A stretch of DNA of 64,000 bases from positions 1 to 64,000 of the IMG/VR virus record IMGVR_UViG_3300028591_000139; one strand, given 5' to 3'. The notes under the pieces are model-generated. The model did no database searches. It was not told where the DNA came from and saw only the letters and a program-made list of their open reading frames with translations. A program made the position numbers and the translations under genes. The DNA comes from a virus. Taxonomy: Duplodnaviria; Caudoviricetes. Positions 1 to 9,667 of the stretch are shown piece by piece; positions within the stretch are counted from its first letter, which is position 1, and each line of letters opens with the position of its first letter.

Positions 1-1
1 A

Positions 2-808
2 AGCCAAGGCACAATAACAATAAATTATGATGAAGTTGATGGCTCTCCAACTACCATTTCATACAGCACAGATGATGGTACAACTTGGACTCAAATAACA
101 ACAACCACAGAGCCATATACCATAACGACCCTTAATGTTGGTGACAAATTACTTTTAAAAGGAAATAATTCAAGTTATTATTATAGTGCTATAATTAGAG
201 GAACTGCCACATTTGAAGTTTGCGGCAACATAATGTCCTTAATCTATGGAGATAACTTTGTCGGGCAAACAACTCTAACAGAAAGCGGTACTTTCGATTC
301 ATTTTTTTATGATAACATTAATCTTATAAGTGCTGAAAATCTTGTATTACCTGCTACAATGTTAGCAAACTCCTGTTATCAAACTATGTTCATTAATTGC
401 ACATCGTTAACAACAGCGCCTGAATTACCTGCTACAACGTTGGCAAACTACTGTTATAATAGTATGTTCAAAGGTTGCACCTCGTTAACGACAGCGCCTG
501 AACTACCTGCTACAACGTTGGCAAGCAACTGTTATAGTAATATGTTCAGTGGTTGCACCTCGCTAACGACAGCACCTGAGTTACCTGCTACAACGTTGGC
601 AAGCTACTGTTATGAAAGTATGTTCAATGGTTGCACCTCGTTAAATAGCATTACTTGTCTTGCAACTAACATATCAGCAAGTTATTGTACATCTAATTGG
701 GTAAGTGGTGTTGCAGCAAGTGGTACATTTACCAAGGCGGCAAGTATGACATTATGGACAACGGGTGTTAATAGTGTTCCAAGTGGTTGGACGGTACAAG
801 ATGCATAG
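2..808 (+). CDS. BspA-type leucine-rich-repeat (LRR_5-like) protein, 5' end outside the window; possible adhesin/receptor-binding protein
   Basis: Frame is open from base 2 (SQGTITINYDEV...) through the listed ATG at 233 to TAG at 806-808; four 26-aa repeats PATTLAxxCYxxMFxxCTSLTTAPEL. Confidence 0.75.
   Translation, partial: SQGTITINYDEVDGSPTTISYSTDDGTTWTQITTTTEPYTITTLNVGDKLLLKGNNSSYYYSAIIRGTATFEVCGNIMSLIYGDNFVGQTTLTESGTFDSFFYDNINLISAENLVLPATMLANSCYQTMFINCTSLTTAPELPATTLANYCYNSMFKGCTSLTTAPELPATTLASNCYSNMFSGCTSLTTAPELPATTLASYCYESMFNGCTSLNSITCLATNISASYCTSNWVSGVAASGTFTKAASMTLWTTGVNSVPSGWTVQDA
350..643 (+). repeat. Tandem 78-bp coding repeats (about 3.8 copies)
   Basis: CCTGCTACAA unit starts at 350, 428, 506 and 584. 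Confidence 0.9.
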
Positions 809-818
809 TAACACATAT

Positions 819-852
819 AAAAGGATAGTTCAAAAGGACTATCCTTTCTTTA
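819..852 (+). terminator. Intrinsic terminator hairpin
   Basis: AAAGGATAGT...ACTATCCTTT stem followed by a T-rich tract, just after the LRR stop. Confidence 0.7.
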
Positions 853-908
853 TACACTCACCTTATATAATAAAGTGGGGTAGATAAAAAGGTATCATAA
901 CATTTGGC

Positions 909-947
909 AAAAAAATCTGCAAGAACCTCATCGTTTCTTGCAGATTT
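909..947 (-). terminator. Intrinsic terminator of the minus-strand operon
   Basis: AAATCTGCAAGAA/TTCTTGCAGATTT 13-bp stem next to an A-run (U-tract on the minus strand). Confidence 0.65.
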
Positions 948-1001
948 GCATTTTTATTCAAAAGGCGAGGATTGTGCCAACATGTATATAGTTACCAAAT
1001 A

Positions 1002-1919
1002 TTATTTCTTTAAATATTCTAATATCTCTTCAGCATTATGTATTACGGTTTCATTTAAAAATTTATCGCATTTTAAATTGGTATAATATATTATATTGAT
1101 TCCATTTTCCTTGCAATAATTATACTTCATTTCATCTAACTCTTTTCTCCTTTCAAATTCTTTATTGCCTCCAAAATATTCAACAGGATTAAAATGTTGT
1201 CCTCCTTGACATTCTATAGCCACATTATAATCAGGCAAATAGAAATCCAACCTCATTCTTTTATTAAATGGTAAATTATATTGAGGAATATAATTTATTT
1301 TTTCTTTATTTAAAAAAATAGAAATTTCTTCTTCTAACTTACTACTAGCGCAGACAGGGCATCCACAACCAGTAAGATGTTTGTTCGGCGTTTGCCAAAA
1401 CGTACCATGAAGCATACACGTTATAGGAACTTTAGTTACATTATTTTTATATTCAAAAGTTTCATCATATACGTATCTATTGCCATGAACTTCAATAGCT
1501 TTTTTAATAAAATTTTCCCAACCTAATTTCCTTTTCTCACTTCTAATAATATCGGCGCATTTTGGGCACCCAGCCCCGCTTAAATGAGAACGAGGTTCCT
1601 GTTTAAATTCACCATGCTCCGGGCAAATAATACATACGTTTTTATTTTTACCGTTGTACTCCACTTTTGAATAATCATATCTATCACCATGAACTTGTTT
1701 TGCCATAGCTAAAAACTCATCAGTGGTATATTTATAACTTCTATGAGAACATTTTGGGCAACCACAACCATTAACGTGATGTCTTGGCTCTTGATAAAAA
1801 TCACCATGCAATTTACATGTAATTTTTATTTTTTGCTTCATATTAACATAATCATCGTGATAAATGTACTTGTAACCGTGCTTTTCATTACATCTTTTAA
1901 AAAACTCTTCTTTCGTCAT
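1002..1919 (-). CDS. Free-standing endonuclease: 3 zinc-ribbon (DUF723-like) repeats plus C-terminal PD-(D/E)xK/Vsr-like nuclease
   Basis: Repeats HGDxYDYSKV..CPEHGxFxQxP..H..G.GCPxC; C-terminal LDFYLPDYNVAIECQGGQHF. Confidence 0.8.
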   Translation of the reverse strand: MTKEEFFKRCNEKHGYKYIYHDDYVNMKQKIKITCKLHGDFYQEPRHHVNGCGCPKCSHRSYKYTTDEFLAMAKQVHGDRYDYSKVEYNGKNKNVCIICPEHGEFKQEPRSHLSGAGCPKCADIIRSEKRKLGWENFIKKAIEVHGNRYVYDETFEYKNNVTKVPITCMLHGTFWQTPNKHLTGCGCPVCASSKLEEEISIFLNKEKINYIPQYNLPFNKRMRLDFYLPDYNVAIECQGGQHFNPVEYFGGNKEFERRKELDEMKYNYCKENGINIIYYTNLKCDKFLNETVIHNAEEILEYLKK

Positions 1920-1927
1920 AAATTTTT

Positions 1928-3100
1928 CTACCTAACCATTATAGCACTGTAAGGCATCGCTTTCATTTTTAAAACATTCATAAGGCTTTCATTCATGTCA
2001 GCCTGATTTTTGGCCATATTCCATGGTAACATACGCTCCAATCGTTCTTTTAATTCATTTAAAACTTGCTCTTTTTCCTGCTTGCCCTGGTCCAATAAAA
2101 TCTGATAATCCAAAGTCATCTGAGCTTGCGGTATATTAACCACACCACTTGCATATCCTCGTATATTACCCAACAGAATTTTTGCTTCAGCTATTAATAG
2201 TCTTCTAACAATCTGTTGCGTTGGATAATTTAATAATTCATAGTGCATTTTGCTTAAAGGAATCTGGTCTGGTGTTAAAAGAACCGAGTCCTTATTATCA
2301 AGAGCGCACTGCTCAACAGAACTGTCTTCACCATTTCCGTTGCCTGATAAATCATAATAAGTGTACCAACAATAACACCCAATCATTTTGCCCCAACCAT
2401 ATGCGTCATCAGCAGATAAGCCACCCATGGCATTCCTTGACCCAGGTGTTGACATTAAATGCACAAGGTGCGTACCTTCTGGTCCGGCCGTTACTTTATA
2501 TGCCAAATCTCCCCTTAACAATGAGTTTTTATATTTAAGGTCTGCTGCCAATAAAGCAGTATCATACGCATTTCCGACATAAAAGCCTATTAAACCCATG
2601 CCATTTTGCATATTTCCATACTGTCCATAACCTCCTCCAATTCCAGTGTCAAGCATTCCAACATTTCCATACAGAGCTGCTTTCGTTGTTGAAGGCGTTA
2701 TGTACATTACTCTATTTATTTCCCTTCCAGCCGGAATTACATATACTTGTTTTCCCTTTTCTATTTTAAAAAAATCCTTTTTAAGCTCCCACTTTGTTCC
2801 ACGCTGCTGAAGCCCAACTTCCTTGCTAAACCACTCAGACCAATCCCTTGACCAATCTAAAGTTCTTATACTTAAAGCATATGCAACATCAGCGGGGTTT
2901 TCAAGAAACGAAGAACTTCCCATGGCGTTCATCCACTGCGTCTCTATTACCCAATTCTGCACATATGAAGCATAATCTCCAACGCATATTTCAAGAAGGT
3001 CGCATAACTGCTCATCTTCTAACTGCACCGGCCTAATCGGGCTGCCACATGTTACCCTGACTTTGCGGAATAGGTCTCTTAATTCGTCTGTTATTTGCAT
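1928..3100 (-). CDS. Neck/head-tail adaptor, T4 gp13-like
   Basis: N-terminal RKVRVTCGSPIRPVQLEDEQL and C-terminal ILLGNIRG..NIPQAQMTLDYQILLDQGKQEKE resemble gp13 termini. Confidence 0.7.
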   Translation of the reverse strand: MQITDELRDLFRKVRVTCGSPIRPVQLEDEQLCDLLEICVGDYASYVQNWVIETQWMNAMGSSSFLENPADVAYALSIRTLDWSRDWSEWFSKEVGLQQRGTKWELKKDFFKIEKGKQVYVIPAGREINRVMYITPSTTKAALYGNVGMLDTGIGGGYGQYGNMQNGMGLIGFYVGNAYDTALLAADLKYKNSLLRGDLAYKVTAGPEGTHLVHLMSTPGSRNAMGGLSADDAYGWGKMIGCYCWYTYYDLSGNGNGEDSSVEQCALDNKDSVLLTPDQIPLSKMHYELLNYPTQQIVRRLLIAEAKILLGNIRGYASGVVNIPQAQMTLDYQILLDQGKQEKEQVLNELKERLERMLPWNMAKNQADMNESLMNVLKMKAMPYSAIMVR

Positions 3101-4404
3101 AATTTTTTAATTTCAATTAAAAGTTCATCTTTATTTCTATAAATAGTATCAAGGTATTCTTTCGGGTAATTTTTTTCCAAAGAAAAATAAAATAATTTTA
3201 TTCCATTGTTAATGCATTTTTCTCTTTTTAACTTGTCCATTTTAACGGTATAAATATATTTTTCTTCTCCTCCAAAATATTTTACCGGTTTAAAATGCTG
3301 TATTCCTTGATATTCTATCGCTATATTTAATTCTTTAATAAAAATATCTAAAACTTGTCCATTTAAAAAATTATCTTTATATTGGTTTATTATAGTATAA
3401 TTTGGAAGACTTTCTTTTATGAATTTATATAGCAGCATTTCATTGACATGATTTTCTTCATGGCACATACTACATCCTTTGCCACTTAAATGCCCATGAG
3501 GGGCTTGCCAAAACTCTCCGTGTTCCGGACAAATTATGCAAACCTTAGTAGAATCATTTATATACTCAACCTTACTGTAGTCAAATCTATTACCATGTAC
3601 TTTAATAGCCTTTTCAATAAATTCCTCTTTAGTCATTTTATGGAACTTTGAGCATAATGGGCATCCTTGTTTTGCATTTATATGTTTGTAAGGCGTTTGC
3701 CAAAACTCGCCATGTTCAGGACATATAATACAAACTTTTTCACGACTACTTTTATAATCTACTTTTGAATAATCGTATCTATCTCCATGAACTTGTTTTG
3801 CTCGTTCTAAAAACTCTTCAATAGTGTATTTATAACTCCTATGCGAACATTTAGGACAGCCATTTTTTAAATGTATATGCCTGTCAAATGTTGTTTGAAA
3901 GATATTTCCACAGTTATTACACTTTAACGTTATTTTTTGACGAGAATTACATTTATCAACTAATGAATAGTCATATTTATCACCATGTATCTCTTTTGAT
4001 TTTTCAATATATTCAGCTAATGTTTTATTTTTACCAGCGCATTTAGGACATCCACATTTTTGAAGAATATGTAAAGACGGAGTTTGCCAAAATTCACCAT
4101 GTTCGGGACATATTATGCACACCCTTGTTTTATCACTAACGTATTTTACTTTTGAATAATCATATCTATCTCCATGTATTTGTTTTGCCCTTTCAATAAA
4201 TTTTCTACCCTTTTCTATTAACTTGCATTCCTGACAAGCACATTTGCCATATATATGATTTCCGGGGCTAACATAAAACTCTCCATGCTCAGGACAAATA
4301 ATGCACACCTTCGAATTTGAATTTTTATATTCTACTTTTGAATAATCATATTTGTCACCATATAACTGCTTGGCCTTTTCAATAAAAATTTCTTTATTCC
4401 ACAT
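3091..4404 (-). CDS. Free-standing endonuclease, 5 zinc-ribbon repeats plus nuclease domain
   Basis: CPEHGEFWQTP repeats; LDIFIKELNIAIEYQGIQHF; overlaps the neck gene start by 10 nt. Confidence 0.8.
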   Translation of the reverse strand: MWNKEIFIEKAKQLYGDKYDYSKVEYKNSNSKVCIICPEHGEFYVSPGNHIYGKCACQECKLIEKGRKFIERAKQIHGDRYDYSKVKYVSDKTRVCIICPEHGEFWQTPSLHILQKCGCPKCAGKNKTLAEYIEKSKEIHGDKYDYSLVDKCNSRQKITLKCNNCGNIFQTTFDRHIHLKNGCPKCSHRSYKYTIEEFLERAKQVHGDRYDYSKVDYKSSREKVCIICPEHGEFWQTPYKHINAKQGCPLCSKFHKMTKEEFIEKAIKVHGNRFDYSKVEYINDSTKVCIICPEHGEFWQAPHGHLSGKGCSMCHEENHVNEMLLYKFIKESLPNYTIINQYKDNFLNGQVLDIFIKELNIAIEYQGIQHFKPVKYFGGEEKYIYTVKMDKLKREKCINNGIKLFYFSLEKNYPKEYLDTIYRNKDELLIEIKKLCK

Positions 4405-4514
4405 AAACCTTTTTTATTATTACCGTTATAAATATATTTAGAATAATCTATGTCATTCTTATTATTCTCCATGACTTTTTTTAAAAACTCTTCTTGCGTA
4501 AATTTCTTCGACAT
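4332..4514 (-). pseudogene. Truncated N-terminal remnant of a repeat-array endonuclease
   Basis: MSKKFTQEEFLKKV...DYSKYIYNGNNKKGLC is half a repeat, then runs out of frame into the 4404 ATG. Confidence 0.6.
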
Positions 4515-4527
4515 ATTAATACAAATT

Positions 4528-4558
4528 AAAAAGTGCCGGCAGCTTTAAGCCGCCGGCA
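4528..4558 (-). terminator. Terminator after the recombinase gene
   Basis: TGCCGGC/GCCGGCA stem with adjacent A-run. Confidence 0.7.
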
Positions 4559-4565
4559 AAATTAT

Positions 4566-5771
4566 TTACTGGTCAAAAGTCTCCTCCTCAGAGAATTCAA
4601 CATCAGCTTCGGTAATGTCAGTTACAGCACTCTCGCCATCCCTGTTTCTCAACGTCTCAAGCTGACCCAAAATATGCTTTATGTTTTCCTTTTTATACCT
4701 TTCGACATCTTCTTCAGATATAATTCCATTATGAACACAAGCTAAAGTTCCCTCATACGTTACATTATATGGCACGGGTAATTGGTTCTTTGTAACTTTA
4801 ATTTTTGTAATGATTCCATAATTAAAATTCTCACCCTTTGCGGTTGCTTTCAGCGTCTTTGTCGCAGCCTTTGCAACACCACCCATGTGCAATATTAAAC
4901 GTGCTCCATAAAACATGGTTTTTCCCCCTTTTAATTCTATTGACGGAACTCCACCCATAGAATTCATGGAATCATTCCAAATCTTATTCACGCAAAAGAA
5001 TGTATTTGTATATGGTTCACTTATTTTTCTGGAAGATGGGATTCTGTTGTTAATGATATTATTGAATGATTGTGCTATTGCGCCTGCATCAAACATATTA
5101 TTGCCCGACTTGCTTGTGTATGATTTAAATGACTGTATCGAACCTATGCTATCCCAAATAAAGCAAATTGGTTGTTTTATTTTGCCCTCTTCTTGCATGT
5201 CAAGTATTTCATTAATTGAGTAGGCTATATCTTCCAGTACGGCTTGTTTTCTTTTCTTTGATATACGTTTTCCTGCTGCGTAATCAATATCTCCGAATTT
5301 ATCTGCAAGAACTGTAGAGTCATAATAAATTACATCTTTTGCTTTATGCGTAATAATTCCTTGTTTAATTTCTCCAGTTTCTTCGTCAAGAATTTCTCCG
5401 TATATTGGTTCTGCCTCCACTCCACAATCGATGGCGTATTTCCAATCGAAATTGCCTTCTGTTTCATACACGACGGCTAAAATTCCTTCTCTTTGGCAAG
5501 CTGCTATGAGGCAGTTTTTAATGGTTGACTTACCCGTATTTGACCACCCAGTGGCGATGGTTAAGTATCCCTTTGGTATTCCTGGAAGCTTGAGTGCATT
5601 TTCGAAGGCTTGTGGCAGTACTATGAATTCTGTTTCTTTTTCTGCGTTTGAGGCTTTAAGTTCGCTCATTTTTATTGGTTCTTTTGGGGTTTCGATTGTA
5701 AGCCCAAGTAGTTCTCTAATGTCGTCAGTGCTTGGTCTTGTAAATGTTTTTTTCTTAATTGCTTGTTTCAT
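4566..5771 (-). CDS. uvsX: RecA/UvsX-family recombinase
   Basis: Walker A GWSNTGKST, YETEG, Walker B FIWDSIG, KGGKTMFY motif. Confidence 0.85.
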   Translation of the reverse strand: MKQAIKKKTFTRPSTDDIRELLGLTIETPKEPIKMSELKASNAEKETEFIVLPQAFENALKLPGIPKGYLTIATGWSNTGKSTIKNCLIAACQREGILAVVYETEGNFDWKYAIDCGVEAEPIYGEILDEETGEIKQGIITHKAKDVIYYDSTVLADKFGDIDYAAGKRISKKRKQAVLEDIAYSINEILDMQEEGKIKQPICFIWDSIGSIQSFKSYTSKSGNNMFDAGAIAQSFNNIINNRIPSSRKISEPYTNTFFCVNKIWNDSMNSMGGVPSIELKGGKTMFYGARLILHMGGVAKAATKTLKATAKGENFNYGIITKIKVTKNQLPVPYNVTYEGTLACVHNGIISEEDVERYKKENIKHILGQLETLRNRDGESAVTDITEADVEFSEEETFDQ

Positions 5772-7131
5772 AACTTTTTATAAATTTACGTAAATTATTA
5801 ATGTCATTAAAAATTATTTTATTGTTATAGAAATTCATTTTTTCAGCTTTATCAATATGATTTGTATAATATATTAAATTAACATTATTTTTTTCGCATA
5901 TATTATATTTTATAACATCGCTTTCCTTTGCTTTATCTGACTTCATGAATTTCATGTCTTCAAAATGTTGTATTCCTTGGCATTCTATTGCAATTTTAAG
6001 TGATGGAATATAGAAATCTATACTTTTCATATCTAGAAAGTTTAAATCTTTTTTTGTTGCTTGATATATAAAATCTATTCCTTCATTTTTTAGCATTAGT
6101 TCAACGTCTCTTTCCAAGTGGCTTTGGTTGCATTTTGGGCATCCTTGTCCTATCCAATGTTTTAATGGTTTTTGCCAAAATGTTCCGTGTTCCGGACAAA
6201 TTATTTCGACTTCTTTATTATTTCCTTTATAGGTTACTTTACTATAATCATATTTATCTCCGTGTATATTAAGGGAGCGTTTTTTGAATTCGTCTAGTGT
6301 TAATAATTGTCTTTCTGTTTGGTGTTCCATTTTGCATTTTGGACAGCCTTGTTTCATTTCAACGTGTTTATATGGCATTTGCATGAAACTTCCATGTTTT
6401 TTACATATGATTTCTGTTTTTGTTGTATAATTTTTATAAGAATCTTCATTATAATCATATAAATCTCCATGGGCTTTTTTAGCTCTTTTTATAAACTCGT
6501 TAAATGGTATGCTTCTTTTTTTCCTTCTTTCTACATCTGCGCATTGAATGCATCCGTGTCCATTAACGTGTAAATATGGAAGTTGTTTATAATCTCCATG
6601 AATAGGGCATGTTATTAATGTTTCGCTATTATAATTTGTATATTCATTTTCGTGATAGTTATATTTATCTCCATGTTTTTTTCTTGCTCTTTGAACGAAT
6701 ATTTCGAATGGTATATGATGCATTTTGGAACATTTTGGGCATCCTTGTCCGTTTATATGTTTTTTAGGCAATTTAAAAAATGAGCCATGTTCATTTCCAA
6801 ATTCATCTTTTTCGTGGCAAATTATTTCAATTTTTGTTTCGGAGTTTAAATATTTGCTTTTTGAATAGTCATATTTATTACCATGTTTTTCTTTTGCCTT
6901 ATTAATCCATTCTTCTGTTGTATATTTTCTTGTTCCATTGCAAGTTGGGCATCCTTGTTTTTCGCATATATGGTTTGCCGGACTCATTTTAAATAATGTT
7001 CCGCATTTTTTGCAAAGAATTTCGCCTTTTGTTTTATTATTTACATATACAAATTTTGAATAATCATATTTATCTCCGTGTATATCTTTTGATTCATTTA
7101 TAAATTTATCAATTGTTTTATTTTTACACAT
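5755..7131 (-). CDS. Free-standing endonuclease, 5 zinc-ribbon repeats plus nuclease domain
   Basis: GCPxC repeats; IDFYIPSLKIAIECQGIQHF; overlaps both neighbours. Confidence 0.8.
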   Translation of the reverse strand: MCKNKTIDKFINESKDIHGDKYDYSKFVYVNNKTKGEILCKKCGTLFKMSPANHICEKQGCPTCNGTRKYTTEEWINKAKEKHGNKYDYSKSKYLNSETKIEIICHEKDEFGNEHGSFFKLPKKHINGQGCPKCSKMHHIPFEIFVQRARKKHGDKYNYHENEYTNYNSETLITCPIHGDYKQLPYLHVNGHGCIQCADVERRKKRSIPFNEFIKRAKKAHGDLYDYNEDSYKNYTTKTEIICKKHGSFMQMPYKHVEMKQGCPKCKMEHQTERQLLTLDEFKKRSLNIHGDKYDYSKVTYKGNNKEVEIICPEHGTFWQKPLKHWIGQGCPKCNQSHLERDVELMLKNEGIDFIYQATKKDLNFLDMKSIDFYIPSLKIAIECQGIQHFEDMKFMKSDKAKESDVIKYNICEKNNVNLIYYTNHIDKAEKMNFYNNKIIFNDINNLRKFIKSYETSN

Positions 7132-7894
7132 TTAATTTTTCTATTTCTATTATGCAATTTGGCGGAATATTATCATATGTCCAAAAGCCTCCGTTTGCGT
7201 TTCCGTCTATTCTAAAATTAACGTTATTTGGTATTTTGCTTACATCTATTGTTAATAATGAATATCCGTTATTTGTTGTTTTTTTATTATGATAATGTTT
7301 TAAATCAAAAGCGAGGTTTTCTATTTCTTTTTTTAGGATATATTCCGACAGAACATATATTCTATTTGGGAAATAGCTTTTTTCGTTTTTTGTTTTTGGG
7401 CAAAGTCCCATTTTAAGTATTTTTTCTACGTTATTTGTTGGTGTTATGTGGTATAATATTTTTTGTTGTCTTACTTTATCATTACAAGGTTCTTGAAATT
7501 TTGGTTCAAATATTAATTCCACTCCGTTTTCGACCATATTTCCAACGTCTTGTGATGCAGCCAAATAATAGCCATAGAATTCCATTGCTTTTTCTGTTAT
7601 TTGTATATTTTTGGCGACATTTGGTATTATTATGTGTGCGACTTTAACTCCGTTGGTTTTTTCTATTATGAATTGGTCTTCTCCTATGCCAAAAATTCTC
7701 ATAAAATGTTTTTTTGCTGTTTCTATTGGAAATGTTTTTATTAATCCCTCTGCTATTTGTTTAAATTTATCATTTGACAAGTACATATCTAAGTAATTGT
7801 CATTTTTTAATGGATTTAATGGTTTAAATCTAAAATCATTTTTTTTAATTTCCATTTTAAGCGCTTTTTTTACAGCATCATCAAATATTCCCAT
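7124..7894 (-). CDS. Protein with a putative C-terminal ADP-ribosyltransferase-fold (Tpt1/KptA-like) domain
   Basis: LYHITPTNNVEKILKMGLCP, RIYVLS, LLTIDV, NIPPNCI pattern. Confidence 0.5.
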   Translation of the reverse strand: MGIFDDAVKKALKMEIKKNDFRFKPLNPLKNDNYLDMYLSNDKFKQIAEGLIKTFPIETAKKHFMRIFGIGEDQFIIEKTNGVKVAHIIIPNVAKNIQITEKAMEFYGYYLAASQDVGNMVENGVELIFEPKFQEPCNDKVRQQKILYHITPTNNVEKILKMGLCPKTKNEKSYFPNRIYVLSEYILKKEIENLAFDLKHYHNKKTTNNGYSLLTIDVSKIPNNVNFRIDGNANGGFWTYDNIPPNCIIEIEKLNV

Positions 7895-7905
7895 AGATAA
7901 TATTT

Positions 7906-8508
7906 TTAATTTTTCTTTCTAATTAAATCTTTCCAGCATTTTCTACAGATGGCTCTATACAAATCATCTCCTCCCACTAATATTTGATTTCCTTCTGTTA
8001 TTATTGTTCCGTTTGAGTTAAATCTCGCATTAATTGATGCTTTTTTGCCGCACTCACAGCTTGTTTTAACTTCTTCTATATCATCAGCTAGTTCGAACAA
8101 TCTTTTTGAAGCGGGAAACAGTTTTGTTTTAAAGTCTGTTCTTAATCCGTAGCACATAACGCTTATATTTAAGTAGTCAACTACGTCTGATAGTTCGTCA
8201 ACTTGTTCTTCTGTTAGAAATTGGCATTCGTCTACTAATATCCATTTAATTGTTTTTTCTAGTGTTGCCATTCTAACATGATTTATTCTTTCCACCGTTG
8301 CGAATATATCGACGTTAGGTTCTATTGAGATGCATTCTTTTTCAAGTCCTGCTCTTGATTTAACTACATCTTGTCCGTCTCTTGTATCTATTGATGGTTT
8401 TAGGATAAGTATGGGAATATTTTTCTCATCAAAATCATGGGCCGTTGCAAGTAGTCTTAATGATTTCGAGCTACCCATTGGCCCATGGAAAAAATATAAT
8501 TTTGCCAT
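7906..8508 (-). CDS. tdk: Thymidine kinase
   Basis: GPMGSSKS P-loop, LVDECQF, YGLRTDF, zinc-binding CECG...CRKC. Confidence 0.95.
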   Translation of the reverse strand: MAKLYFFHGPMGSSKSLRLLATAHDFDEKNIPILILKPSIDTRDGQDVVKSRAGLEKECISIEPNVDIFATVERINHVRMATLEKTIKWILVDECQFLTEEQVDELSDVVDYLNISVMCYGLRTDFKTKLFPASKRLFELADDIEEVKTSCECGKKASINARFNSNGTIITEGNQILVGGDDLYRAICRKCWKDLIRKKN

Positions 8509-8538
8509 TATAATATTTTTTTTGTATTTTATTTTTGT

Positions 8539-9525
8539 TTAGAACGGTAAATCATCTTCATCCATGATTATTCCATTCATTTTCTTTTCTTCTTCTACTT
8601 TTGGCAGTGTTGAGAAGTCTTTAGTTTGTTCTGTTAAGTTTTGTTTTAATGATTCTTCTTCATCTTTCTTTTTTTCTTCTTGCAATTCGTTTAGGTCAAC
8701 GTATTGTTTCTTTTCTTTATCGAAAATTGGAACTCCACCTTTTACAACTATTGCCATATATTCATATGGTTTTACCGTATATACTTCGTCCCATTTTTTA
8801 CTATCATTAATCCAAGACATTCCAAGTTCATAATTGTCTGTTAATGGTGTTTTATCCTCGTCATCAACAACTTTGATTACCGTTTTATTATTTTGGTCTT
8901 TTGAAAGTGTGATAATCAAGTCTTTTCCTTCCATTAGGTCAAAGATATTACTTGTTCTGCCTTTTCTCTCTGCTGCTTTTTTTCTTTCTTCATAGATGTT
9001 ACGTATTTTATCATACACGCCATCTTTTTTTGCAGAGTCATTAAATAGCCAAAACTTAACGCCATCTTCTTCGTGTCCTCTTTCTATGCATCTTACAATC
9101 CAAGCGGCTTTTGCTCTGTTCATAAATTCAACTTCGCCGTACTTTTTCTTTTCCGCTTCATTTCCAGCATTATGTCTTAATTCTCTTGCCATTTCTGTTG
9201 TTTCACAGAATGGGCATTTATCACCCAGTTTGTTATGGATGGGGCACACGAAAGTACGCCAACCTCCTTGGCTTAATTCTTTATTAACCTTAACGGTGTG
9301 GATAAAAACTTTTTTAAAAGGTGTACCGCCTTCTGGAGAAAAGGGAAGTAATCTAATTGTTAAAGATTTTTTTTCTTCTCCTGGCTTCAATCTTGCTTGC
9401 AAATAATTTTTTACATCAAATTCTGTTTTCTTTCGAGACAATGAATTTGCTGCCTCTTGTTCTCTTAAATACTGTTCAGTTACTGAATTAGCATCAATGT
9501 TTACGTTAAAAACTTTTTCTTCCAT
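8539..9525 (-). CDS. T4 gp32-like single-stranded DNA-binding protein
   Basis: TIRLLP, zinc ligands H...CP..KCPFC, GKDLII, acidic C-terminal DEDDLPF; lies next to the recombinase. Confidence 0.8.
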   Translation of the reverse strand: MEEKVFNVNIDANSVTEQYLREQEAANSLSRKKTEFDVKNYLQARLKPGEEKKSLTIRLLPFSPEGGTPFKKVFIHTVKVNKELSQGGWRTFVCPIHNKLGDKCPFCETTEMARELRHNAGNEAEKKKYGEVEFMNRAKAAWIVRCIERGHEEDGVKFWLFNDSAKKDGVYDKIRNIYEERKKAAERKGRTSNIFDLMEGKDLIITLSKDQNNKTVIKVVDDEDKTPLTDNYELGMSWINDSKKWDEVYTVKPYEYMAIVVKGGVPIFDKEKKQYVDLNELQEEKKKDEEESLKQNLTEQTKDFSTLPKVEEEKKMNGIIMDEDDLPF

Positions 9526-9578
9526 AAAAATACTTTTTAAAATTTTAAATGTGCTAATGCACTTAAATTATGTTTTTA

Positions 9579-9586
9579 CAAATATA
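9579..9586 (-). promoter_or_regulatory. Bacteroidota-type -7 promoter box (TATATTTG) upstream of SSB
   Basis: TTTTGTATATTTGT on the minus strand; the same extended box precedes four other genes. Confidence 0.6.
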
Positions 9587-9667
9587 CAAAAAAATATTAA
9601 AATAACAAAAAAAATCTTTATAATAAATATCAGTAATTATATACTTTTTAACCTGAAGTAAAGTGAA

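Noticed and set aside
350-643. CRISPR array
   Set aside because: Repeats are contiguous in-frame coding units without unique spacers; I saw no CRISPR array or cas gene anywhere in the window.
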